Below the pieces are notes generated by a model. The model was not told the origin of the DNA. It did no database searches and saw only the letters and a list, made by a program, of their open reading frames with translations. The position numbers and the translations under genes are program-made. Below, one piece after another: positions 49,329 through 58,197 of a stretch of DNA of 64,000 nt (position 1 is its first letter; each line of letters begins with the position of its first letter). Source of the DNA: an uncultured Eubacteriales bacterium (GTDB taxonomy: Bacteria > Acidobacteriota > Aminicenantia > Aminicenantales > Aminicenantaceae). The stretch lies in assembly GCA_964505785.1 (NCBI GenBank), contig CAZDJZ010000003.1, positions 168,934 to 232,933 on the forward strand, written 5' to 3'.

Positions 49329-49630
49329 CCTGAATCATCCATATACAGAGAGCCCTGTATACATTATACTCGCGTTCATCGCGTTCTTAGCATTCTTTTT
49401 AAGTCAGCTTAGTCCATCTATGTTTATTTAGGTCTTATTGGTCTGTTCGGTCCTTTAATATGGGACTGCATTCCCTTATCCGGTTTTGGATAATTTTTGA
49501 TATTTGATTTAGAAAGATAACTTTTCACTTTCACCTTTTCATTCCTGCGAAGCAGAAGGGAATCTTTCAGGTGTTTATGTGCCCTCAGGACGGCCTTTTC
49601 GGACCGTTTTTTTATAAATGAGCCAAGCTG
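49329..49630. repeat. Degenerate composite element (terminus + S copy 3 + R-like arm)
   Basis: CCTGAATCATCCAT directly after the stop codon; S at 49371-49450; GCGAAGCAG...GAATC...CTCAGGACGGC as at 56455-56501. Confidence 0.55.
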
Positions 49631-49661
49631 ATAAGGAAGGTGAATTTTTTTTTTATTTTTC

Positions 49662-49759
49662 TTGAAATCACGATATAACGGTGTTAATATAATTTCTGCC
49701 TTGCTATCCCGGGATCAGCTATTAGATATTTCCACAACTGTGAATATTTCTGTGGAAAA
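49662..49759 (+). promoter_or_regulatory. dnaA promoter with three DnaA boxes
   Basis: TTGAAA-17bp-TAATAT with extended TG; boxes ATTTCCACA 49728, TGTGAATAT 49739, TGTGGAAAA 49751. Confidence 0.7.
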
Positions 49760-49771
49760 CTTAATAATACT

Positions 49772-51109
49772 ATGAATAATATTGACTCAAAACAAACAAA
49801 TCCCTGGGCGGAAATTCTCCAGTCCGTGAAAAAAAAGATCGACACGAACAGTTTCGATACATGGTTTCAGCCCACTCTTTATATCGGCCAGGAAACCGAC
49901 TGCCTGTACATAAAAGTCCCTAATTCTTATTTCCGGGATTGGTTGTCTTTTCATTATTCAAGCATAATCAATACCTGTTCCAAGGAAATCTTCGATAAAG
50001 TATATGATATCAAGTACATTTATGATGATTCCTCATCTTCATTCATGCGGAGAAACCCTAAGGAGAGGCGGTCAAAACACGGCGGATTGCTGAATCCAAA
50101 TCTCAATCCAAATTATACCTTTGAAAATTTTGTGGTCGGCTCCTGCAATCAATTCGCTCATGCTGCAGCCAGCGCCGTTGTAAAAAATCCAGCCAAATCT
50201 TACAACCCGCTTTATGTTTACGGCGGAGCCGGCTTAGGGAAAACCCACCTCATGAACGCCATCGGCCATTATATGCTTAACGGACATGACCGCATGAAAA
50301 TTCTCTATATTACCACCGAAAAATTCATGAATGACCTTATCAACCATCTTCAGTACGGAAAGATTTTGGATTTTCGTGAAAAATACCGCAATATCGATCT
50401 TCTCCTTATGGATGACATTCATTATCTATCCGGAAGAGAGAGGACTAAAGAAGAATTTTTTCATACTTTCAATCACTTATATGAAAATCAAAAACAAATT
50501 GTCATTTCCAGTGATTGTCCTCCAAAAGAAATACCCAATTTGGAAGAAAGATTTTCATCCCGTTTTGAATGGGGGCTGATCGCTGATTTAAAACCCCCCG
50601 ATATTGAAACGCGCATAGCCATCCTGAAAAAGAAGTCTGAAATGGAGGAAGTTGTTCTTCCGGAAAGTGTGGCTCTTTTCATTGCGGATAAGGTTCATTC
50701 TAATATCCGTGAATTAGAAGGATATCTTCGCCGGGTTATTGCTTACGCTTCTCTCCGGGGAGAAGCAATTGACCTGGACCTGACTAAAGATGCATTAAAA
50801 AGCCTGCTGGATTCCACTGCCAATGTGATCACTATAGAAAAAATTCAAAAAGTCATCTGTCATGAATTTAAAATCAAACTGCCCCAATTAAAAAGCCGGA
50901 ATAACTCCCCTAAATTCGCTTTTCCACGCCAAGTGGCCATGTATTTATCAAAGGATTTAACCGCCTCCTCCCTTCCTGAAATAGGAAAAAAATTCGGTGG
51001 AAAACATCATACCACTGTTATACACAGTATCCGTAAAATTGAGAAATTGAGAGAAACCGACATTGAATTCAACAAAAAAATCAACAAAATTATCAATTAT
51101 ATGCATTAG
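49772..51109 (+). CDS. dnaA: Replication initiator DnaA
   Basis: YNPLYVYGGAGLGKTHL, EEFFHTFN, SRFEWG, HTTVIH. Confidence 0.98.
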   Translation: MNNIDSKQTNPWAEILQSVKKKIDTNSFDTWFQPTLYIGQETDCLYIKVPNSYFRDWLSFHYSSIINTCSKEIFDKVYDIKYIYDDSSSSFMRRNPKERRSKHGGLLNPNLNPNYTFENFVVGSCNQFAHAAASAVVKNPAKSYNPLYVYGGAGLGKTHLMNAIGHYMLNGHDRMKILYITTEKFMNDLINHLQYGKILDFREKYRNIDLLLMDDIHYLSGRERTKEEFFHTFNHLYENQKQIVISSDCPPKEIPNLEERFSSRFEWGLIADLKPPDIETRIAILKKKSEMEEVVLPESVALFIADKVHSNIRELEGYLRRVIAYASLRGEAIDLDLTKDALKSLLDSTANVITIEKIQKVICHEFKIKLPQLKSRNNSPKFAFPRQVAMYLSKDLTASSLPEIGKKFGGKHHTTVIHSIRKIEKLRETDIEFNKKINKIINYMH

Positions 51110-51222
51110 AAATATAAGGACTTATAATTTTTTTACACATTTTATTTGCATTTCTTCTTCTTATTACTTAATCTTAAATTTATAATTATAAGAAGAAAGA
51201 ACGTCTCTGGAAAGGTGGAAAA
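51110..51222. other. Candidate oriC unwinding region
   Basis: DnaA box TTTTACACA at 51131 (another, TTATACACA, at 51018), then triplet-periodic TTCTTCTTCTTATTA and a very AT-rich tract. Confidence 0.6.
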
Positions 51223-52326
51223 ATGAAATTTTCAGCTGAAAAAAAAGAGATATTAAAGGAATTACAGCTTCTGCAAGGAATTGTGGAAAAAAGAAATACA
51301 ATGCCTATTCTGGCAAATATACTTATTAACGCATCTGAAGAGGGTGTTGAACTCATTGGAACAGACTTGGAAGTAGGAATGAAAACCCAATTCACTGCTG
51401 ACGTAGATGATCCAGGCTCAATAACGATTTCAGGAAAAAAGATTTATGAAATCGTCAGATCATTACCAGAAGGCCTACCGATTCATTTTTCCCAAAAAGA
51501 TGAAAAAATGATGGAGATCACATCCGGAGCCAGCCATTTTAAAGTGGTGTGTATGCAAAAGGAAGATTACCCCCAAGTTCCCGAACCCAGGTTTGAAAAA
51601 AATATCATTTTCCCCCTGGAAGACTTCCAGGAAATGATCGATCAGGTCTTTTGTGCAATTACCCAGGAGCAGCGTTATTATTTAAACGGTGCGCTTATGA
51701 TTATCAATGGGAATAAGATTGAAATGATCAGTACGGATGGACACCGTTTAGCCTATTCCAGCAGGACTTTTCCAGAAATGGAGGTTGAAGGAGAAATCAG
51801 GGGGATTGTTTCTAAGAAAACACTGGGAGAGTTGAAAAAATTCGAAGATGAATCCGTTCAATTCGATTTAGATGAAAACAATCTTTTCTTTCGCGTTGGA
51901 GGAAGAATTCTTATTTCCCGCATTATCGAGGGAAAATTCCCCAATTATGAAGCGGTGATTCCCAAAGATAATGAACATGCAGCTGTGTTTGATAAAGAAG
52001 AGATAACAGATGCTATCCGAAGAGTATCTCTTCTCTCTACAGAACGATCTAAAGGAATAAAGTTTAATTTAAAAAAGAACGAAGTTGAGCTCTATTCATC
52101 CAATCCGGAGCTGGGGGAAGCAAGGGATCAAGTAGAAGCAGATTACAGCGGTACTGAAATTGAAATAGGATTTAACTCAGCGTATGTGATTGATTTTCTG
52201 ACGACCGCAAAGACGGAAAAAGTTCAATTTTTAATGAAGGATTCTAATAGTGCCGTACTGATGTTTCCGGATAATGAGGAAAGCTGTGTTGAATATAAAT
52301 ATGTCTTAATGCCGATGAAATTATAA
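51223..52326 (+). CDS. dnaN: DNA polymerase III beta clamp
   Basis: MPILAN, TDLE, STDGHRL, FPNYE, GFN, VLMPM. Confidence 0.97.
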   Translation: MKFSAEKKEILKELQLLQGIVEKRNTMPILANILINASEEGVELIGTDLEVGMKTQFTADVDDPGSITISGKKIYEIVRSLPEGLPIHFSQKDEKMMEITSGASHFKVVCMQKEDYPQVPEPRFEKNIIFPLEDFQEMIDQVFCAITQEQRYYLNGALMIINGNKIEMISTDGHRLAYSSRTFPEMEVEGEIRGIVSKKTLGELKKFEDESVQFDLDENNLFFRVGGRILISRIIEGKFPNYEAVIPKDNEHAAVFDKEEITDAIRRVSLLSTERSKGIKFNLKKNEVELYSSNPELGEARDQVEADYSGTEIEIGFNSAYVIDFLTTAKTEKVQFLMKDSNSAVLMFPDNEESCVEYKYVLMPMKL

Positions 52327-52375
52327 CCGCGGCAGCAGGAAAACATCCATCCATGAAGGTTTCATTATTCAGTTT

Positions 52376-53314
52376 TTACTGCTTTCTGAATGAATACGGA
52401 TGACCCAGCTTCATTAATTCACCGTTTTCCATCACCAGGATGGAACCGTATTCAGGATAATGATCTAAAATTTTTTCCGGTTCTCCGGATATAAAAAGAG
52501 CTGTAGACAGGCCGTCACAGATAACCGTACTCGGACCAATAACCGTTACGCTTTGCTTTCCACGGGCCGGGCGTCCCGTGGAAGGATTAAAGATATGATG
52601 ATAACGCTTTCCTCCGGAAGAAAAGTATCTTTGATAATCGCCGGTTGTTGCGGCTCCGGCATTAGAGATACTGAGGATACCTAAAAACCCTTTTTTCCGG
52701 GGATGCGTGACTCCGATTTGCCAATTTCTTTGTTCCGGGTTTCGGCCCCAGCAGTAAAGATCTCCTCCCGCATTAATAAATCCGGCTGGTATATTCATTC
52801 TTTTACATTCACGGTACGCAAGATCGATCCCCCATCCTTTAGCGATGCCGCCCCAGTCCAGCGTCATTTTTTCCGGGATAATAAGGGTTTCGTTCTTGAT
52901 TTCAATCTTATCCATTCCGGTATGTTCCAGGCAACGCTGGATTCTATCTTGAGAAGGAATTACATATTTTCCGCTGCGAAAACCCCACAATTCAGATAAG
53001 GGGGCGACGGTTATATCAAAGCCGCCGCCCGAAAGCTGATGGATTTGATAAGCGGTTCGGAATAATTCTAAGACTTCGGGTGACTGGTAATCAACAGATC
53101 CGGGAGAAAATCTGTCTTCGATTTTAGAAAAGATATTATGAATAGCCTGTTCCGCTTTTCTAAACACAGAATCCGAAGCTTGAACTTGGACTTGACAGAC
53201 TGTATCGAAAAATAGAAAAGTGGTTTTATGCCATTCTTTTTTCCGTCCGCATCCGAAAAAAAGAATGACGAAAGATAGTCCGAAAGAGAAAAATATTTTT
53301 TTTTTATGATCCAT
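52376..53314 (-). CDS. apbE: FAD:protein FMN transferase ApbE (lipoprotein)
   Basis: Lipobox FFGC, FDITV, DWGGIAKG, GGD, TTGDYQRYF, YHHI.NP.TG. Confidence 0.9.
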   Translation of the reverse strand: MDHKKKIFFSFGLSFVILFFGCGRKKEWHKTTFLFFDTVCQVQVQASDSVFRKAEQAIHNIFSKIEDRFSPGSVDYQSPEVLELFRTAYQIHQLSGGGFDITVAPLSELWGFRSGKYVIPSQDRIQRCLEHTGMDKIEIKNETLIIPEKMTLDWGGIAKGWGIDLAYRECKRMNIPAGFINAGGDLYCWGRNPEQRNWQIGVTHPRKKGFLGILSISNAGAATTGDYQRYFSSGGKRYHHIFNPSTGRPARGKQSVTVIGPSTVICDGLSTALFISGEPEKILDHYPEYGSILVMENGELMKLGHPYSFRKQ

Positions 53315-53322
53315 TTACTTAA

Positions 53323-53515
53323 CCTGAATTATTCATAAAAAAATTGTGATTTTTTTACAATTTCTTTTTTATCAGCGATTAACATGATTTTTATTGAAAG
53401 TTCAAATGGAAATTTTTTCATTTGCACATTTATATTATAATCGCAATTTTTCACCCCTTCGGGCGGGTTGAATCTCACCGTATCTGCAGCAATCTCGACC
53501 CATGAATAATTCAGG
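53323..53515. mobile_element. 193-bp MITE with perfect 14-bp TIRs
   Basis: CCTGAATTATTCAT ... ATGAATAATTCAGG, TTAA on both flanks, non-coding, related copies elsewhere in the window. Confidence 0.88.
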
Positions 53516-53846
53516 TTAATACTGATTCCCCATTTTGAAAAATTCCCTTTAAAAAGTCAATCCGCCCGGCATTAGACTCTTTTCCAGCCTAATTGATTTA
53601 TTGACAAGGGTGATGTTTTTTAATATTTTGAAATCATTCTAAATGCCATACATCCTTCATTATGAGAAGAATTCACCTATGAACGATGAAAAAAACCACC
53701 TTAACCTTAAGCGGTTTTATAGAATCAGCATTCCGGGAAAAAGATGGAGGGAATCCGTACTGCTGCTGAAAATAAAGTGCAATGAATGGTCCCGCTTTAG
53801 TATCTGTTAACATCAAGATGAATATTTTTAGCATAAGGAGATTGAT

Positions 53847-55076
53847 ATGAGCAATAAAATTCGTTTGAGCGCAATGATGTTTCTTCAATATGCAATATGG
53901 GGTTCTTGGGCGCCTGTGCTGTCTGAATATTTGATCAATAAATTGGGTTTCTCCGGGACTGAAGTTGGGCTCGTTTATGCATTATTGCCTTTAGCTACCA
54001 TCATCTCTCCGTTTATCGGCGGGCAGGCGGCCGACCGTTATTTTCCCACCCAAAAGGTGATCGCCTTTCTACAGCTTTTTGGTGGATTTTTACTCATTTA
54101 CATGTCTTTTGTTACCAGCTATACCGCCCTTATATGGTTAATGCTGATTTATTCTATTTTATATGCTCCCACATTAGCCCTGACAAATTCGATTGCATTT
54201 ATCAACCTAAAGGATTCGGAAAAGGAGTTTGGTATCGTCCGTGTTTGGGGGACTGCCGGGTGGATCATTGCGGGTTTGGTGCTGGCGGGATGGCGCATGC
54301 TGGGAGAAAGCGTGGATGCTGTCGCCCTGAGAGGGGATACGCTGATGCTGGCCGGGATTTTTTCCCTTATTATGGGAATTCTGGCCTTCCGTCTTCCCCA
54401 TACTCCACCCCGGAAGGAATCAAAAAAACCCTGGGCTTTTCTGGAAGCCATTAAGATGTTGAAAAATAAAAACTTAGCCATATTCGTAGGAATTGCATTT
54501 ATTGTGGCCACCGAACTGCAATTTTACTATATTCTGACTGCTCCTTTTTTAACATCCAATGTCATCGGAGTCGACCGTTCAATGATATCCGGTGTCATGG
54601 TCATTGCCCAGGTGGCGGAAATATTTGTAATGGCTTTGCTTCTGCCGTATTTTCTGCCTAAATTCGGAATTAAAAAGACTATGATCATTGGTGTGCTCGC
54701 CTGGCCGGCCCGGTATATTATTTTTGTTATTGCTCAGCCTGCCTGGCTGGTCATAGCGTCCCTTGCTCTTCACGGCTTTTGTTATGTTTTCTTTTTCACG
54801 GCCGCGTTTATTTATATCGATAAAGTTTCCCCGCCGGACATCCGTGCGTCCGCACAAAGCATGATAGCAATAGTCACATTAGGATTGGGAAATTTTATCG
54901 GCAGTCTCTTTGTCGGATGGATACAAACGGTTTTCACCGGGCCTGAGGGGACGAATTGGCGGGAAGTTTTTATCATTCCAACGATATTAACCATTGTCTG
55001 TGCAGTGGCTTTTATCCTTTTGTTTAAAGAACGGAAAAGACCGGTGAAAGTCAATACGGTTGAGGAGGGGCAATGA
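53847..55076 (+). CDS. MFS transporter (NupG/nucleoside:H+ symporter-like)
   Basis: MMFLQYAIWGSW, RVWGTAGW, QVAE, LHG; about 12 TMs. Confidence 0.85.
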   Translation: MSNKIRLSAMMFLQYAIWGSWAPVLSEYLINKLGFSGTEVGLVYALLPLATIISPFIGGQAADRYFPTQKVIAFLQLFGGFLLIYMSFVTSYTALIWLMLIYSILYAPTLALTNSIAFINLKDSEKEFGIVRVWGTAGWIIAGLVLAGWRMLGESVDAVALRGDTLMLAGIFSLIMGILAFRLPHTPPRKESKKPWAFLEAIKMLKNKNLAIFVGIAFIVATELQFYYILTAPFLTSNVIGVDRSMISGVMVIAQVAEIFVMALLLPYFLPKFGIKKTMIIGVLAWPARYIIFVIAQPAWLVIASLALHGFCYVFFFTAAFIYIDKVSPPDIRASAQSMIAIVTLGLGNFIGSLFVGWIQTVFTGPEGTNWREVFIIPTILTIVCAVAFILLFKERKRPVKVNTVEEGQ

Positions 55077-56329
55077 ACAACAAGCGTTTAGGTGTTGGAT
55101 TTATCGGCGCCGGGTTCATAACGCGTTTTCACATTTACTCCTGGATTGGAGTCAGGGACGCGGATATATTGGGTGTTGTCAGCCGGACGGAAGAAAATGC
55201 CCAGGAAGCAGCCGCCTTGATAAAAAAACTCCGGGTCGGAGACGCCCGGGTCTATCCCACCGTTACGGATATGGCAGCGGATCCGGAAATAGATGCTGTT
55301 TGGATTTGTTCGCCCAATTACACCCGTTTGGAACACATGGAAGAGATCAGCGATGCGATTAAAACCGGAAAGGGGTCTTTAAAAGGCGTTGCCTGCGAGA
55401 AGCCTTTGGGGAGAAATGTCAGAGAAGCCCGGAAAATGAGGAATTTGATTCAAGAAGCCGGGCTTTTAGATGGATATCTTGAAAATCAGGTTTTTTCTCC
55501 CAGTGTCGTCCGGGGAAAAGATATTCTTTGGTCCCGGGGAGCGGCCACCACAGGGCGCCCGTATTTAGCCCGGGCTGCGGAGGAACATGGAGGGCCGCAC
55601 ATGCCCTGGTTTTGGGAAGGAAGCCTGCAGGGAGGAGGTGTCATCAATGATATGATGTGTCATTCCGTGGAAGAAGCCCGTTATATGCTGACACCTCCAA
55701 AGGCTGAGCGGGAAGCGATCCGGCCGGTTAAAATCTCCGCCTATACCGACTGCCTGAAATGGAATCAGCCGCACTATGCGCAAATTTTATCTGATAAGAG
55801 CGCAGGAAAAACAGATTACCGCAACCGGCCTGCAGAGGATTTCGCCCGGGCCTTGATTGAGTATCGTGGAGAGAATCAGGAAAAACTGATAGTTGAAACC
55901 ACCACCAGCTGGTGTTATGTCGGCGCCGGATTGCGATTGAGTATGGAAGTTTTGGGTCCGGAGTATTCTCTGTCGGTTAATTCCCTGAATTCGGATTTGC
56001 AGATATTTTTCAGCCGCAATGTCAGGGGGGAGCAGGGAGAAGACCTGGTCGAAAAGCAAAATGCGGAGAGAGGATTGATGCCGGTTGTCAGCAGCGAAGA
56101 GATTGAGTATGGATATACCGCCGAAAACCGGCATATGGTTCAATGCTTTCTGGATGGAGTCCGGCCGGAAGAAAATTTTGATGACGGCATTGAAGTTACC
56201 CGGCTGCTTATGGCGGCCTATATGAGTGCGGAACAACAAACAACGCTGGACTTTCCTCCGCCGGGACTGGAAGATTTTATCCCTGCGGTTGCTAAAGGAG
56301 AATGGAATCCGAAGAATACAAATAAGTGA
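55073..56329 (+). CDS. Gfo/Idh/MocA oxidoreductase
   Basis: GFIGAGFI, CEKPL, GGGVINDMMCH. Confidence 0.88.
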   Translation: MNNKRLGVGFIGAGFITRFHIYSWIGVRDADILGVVSRTEENAQEAAALIKKLRVGDARVYPTVTDMAADPEIDAVWICSPNYTRLEHMEEISDAIKTGKGSLKGVACEKPLGRNVREARKMRNLIQEAGLLDGYLENQVFSPSVVRGKDILWSRGAATTGRPYLARAAEEHGGPHMPWFWEGSLQGGGVINDMMCHSVEEARYMLTPPKAEREAIRPVKISAYTDCLKWNQPHYAQILSDKSAGKTDYRNRPAEDFARALIEYRGENQEKLIVETTTSWCYVGAGLRLSMEVLGPEYSLSVNSLNSDLQIFFSRNVRGEQGEDLVEKQNAERGLMPVVSSEEIEYGYTAENRHMVQCFLDGVRPEENFDDGIEVTRLLMAAYMSAEQQTTLDFPPPGLEDFIPAVAKGEWNPKNTNK

Positions 56330-56346
56330 AAATTGGCTAACGGGAT

Positions 56347-56535
56347 AATCGGAGCGGATGTCCTCCCTGGGGACAGACGTGTGGTGGCGGGATGTGGACT
56401 TTATCCATTGTCATGTGGAAACGGGTTTTATATGAATACGCCGGCATTTGATCCGGCGAGGCAGGACAAGAACCTTATGGCGCTGCGATTCTCAGGACGG
56501 CAGCGGCGCTGTCGTTTTCGAATGAATAATACTGG
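56347..56535 (+). repeat. H module copy 2 + R arm + terminus
   Basis: H at 56347-56472; CTCAGGACGGC; GTCGTTTTCGAATGAATAATACTGG. Confidence 0.85.
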
Positions 56536-56591
56536 TTAAGTAAATGAGGACCGGCAAGACGGGATCCTTTGATTTTCAGAAGGAGGCGAAA

Positions 56592-58091
56592 ATGAAAAAA
56601 AATGGAATTTTATCAGGAATGATTTTAATTTTATTAACGGGAAGCTTGGTTTTTTGCGGGGGTCCGGCGGAGCGGATCGATTCCCGGGAAGCGGCCCCGG
56701 CGGCTGAAAAGGAGCCTGAATGGGCCTTTCCTGTTTTAGAACGGCCGCCCTATGAAGACATAAAAATCTATGATTTTCCCCAGGCTGTACAGTGCTGGAC
56801 ATTCCGCAAATTCACTTTCATGGAAACACTGGATAAAGCGAAAGAAGTGGGCATTTCCTATATCGAAGCTTATCCCGGACAAGCCTTCAGCCCGGAACAT
56901 GCGGACATTAAATTTGATCACAATCTGGAAGAACCTTTTCGGAAAATGGTCAAAATGAAACTTAAAGAGAATAATCTTGAGCTCATCAATTACGGAGTGG
57001 TCGGCTTTGAGAATGAAGAAGAAGGCATGCAGACTGTATTTAGATTCGCAAAAGAAATGGGGATTCGCACCATTATTACAGAACCGGCGTTTGATGATTA
57101 CGCGCTGTTGGAGAAAATGGTAAAAGAGACAGGCATTCAAGTTGCAATCCACAATCATCCGGCGCCTAGCAAATATGCCCGGCCTGAAACCGTTATGGAA
57201 CATATTGACGGATTGGATCCCCGAATCGGTGTTTGCGCGGATACCGGGCACTGGATGCGCACCGGGGTGAAACCGCTGGAAGCCCTTCGGATGCTTCAGG
57301 GCAGGATTCTCGATGTCCATCTGAAGGATCTCAATCGCTTCGGCACGAAAGAGGCCGTGGATGTTCCCTTTGGACAGGGCGAAGCTGATATCCGTGATAT
57401 TCTGGCGGAATTGACGTTTCAAGATTACGACGGCGTTTTGACCATTGAGTACGAGGACCCGGCCGCTGCAGATAATCCGGACCCGGCGATCCGGGAAGGG
57501 ATAAATTATTTGGAAAGCGTCACATATTATTCCGGGTATCAGCGTCTTTTGGGAAAGAGCCGGGGCCGCTACCACAAACATGGGTGGAATCATTATGGGC
57601 CCGGGTATTTTCTGCTGGATCATGAGCGCGGCATTTTAAAATCTCAAGGCGGGATGGGATTGTTTTGGTTCAGCCGTAAAAAGTTCCAGGATTTCATTCT
57701 GACCGTGGATTTTATGAGCGCAAAGGAGAATACCAATTCCGGAATTTTTCTCCGGATTCCGGAAGTTCCGGTCAGTGATGATTATATCTATCATTCTTTT
57801 GAAATTCAGATTTATAATGCCGGGGAGGGCAAGCATAAGACCGGAGCTGTCTATGATGTGACGGCCCCAGAAAGGGATGCATTTAAACCAGCGGGAGAAT
57901 GGAACCATCTCAAAATGGTTTTTGAGAAAGATAACCTGAAAATTGAGATAAACGGGAATATGATCCTGGATTGGAATGCCGCCCCGGGAGGGAAAGTTCG
58001 GGATTTCGCCGGGGAGGGATATATCGGGCTGCAGAATCATGACAGCCGCTCCCCCGTATATTTTCGAAATGTTTATATACGGGAACTGTGA
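56592..58091 (+). CDS. Xylose-isomerase-like TIM barrel fused to DUF1080 (3-keto-disaccharide hydrolase-like) domain, probable lipoprotein
   Basis: AIHNH, DTGHW, HLKD, IEYE; then NSGIF, EIQI, GEWNH, GYIGLQNH, FRNVYIREL; AGGAGG RBS. Confidence 0.85.
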   Translation: MKKNGILSGMILILLTGSLVFCGGPAERIDSREAAPAAEKEPEWAFPVLERPPYEDIKIYDFPQAVQCWTFRKFTFMETLDKAKEVGISYIEAYPGQAFSPEHADIKFDHNLEEPFRKMVKMKLKENNLELINYGVVGFENEEEGMQTVFRFAKEMGIRTIITEPAFDDYALLEKMVKETGIQVAIHNHPAPSKYARPETVMEHIDGLDPRIGVCADTGHWMRTGVKPLEALRMLQGRILDVHLKDLNRFGTKEAVDVPFGQGEADIRDILAELTFQDYDGVLTIEYEDPAAADNPDPAIREGINYLESVTYYSGYQRLLGKSRGRYHKHGWNHYGPGYFLLDHERGILKSQGGMGLFWFSRKKFQDFILTVDFMSAKENTNSGIFLRIPEVPVSDDYIYHSFEIQIYNAGEGKHKTGAVYDVTAPERDAFKPAGEWNHLKMVFEKDNLKIEINGNMILDWNAAPGGKVRDFAGEGYIGLQNHDSRSPVYFRNVYIREL

Positions 58092-58197
58092 TTCGTTGAA
58101 AAGGCAAAAGTGAAATGCAGAGGCGGCGCATATTTCCGAGTAAGATGAGTAAACGGTTTTAATGCTTTTAAGATTTAAGAAAAATTAGGAGAAAAAT

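Noticed and set aside
53679-53810. Leader peptides upstream of the MFS gene (27 and 43 aa)
   Set aside because: No clear RBS, attenuator or telling codon runs.
56736-57623. 295-aa antisense ORF
   Set aside because: Shadow of the TIM-barrel gene, with no motifs.
58092-58197. THF or ZTP riboswitch upstream of fhs
   Set aside because: No recognisable conserved aptamer motifs or terminator.
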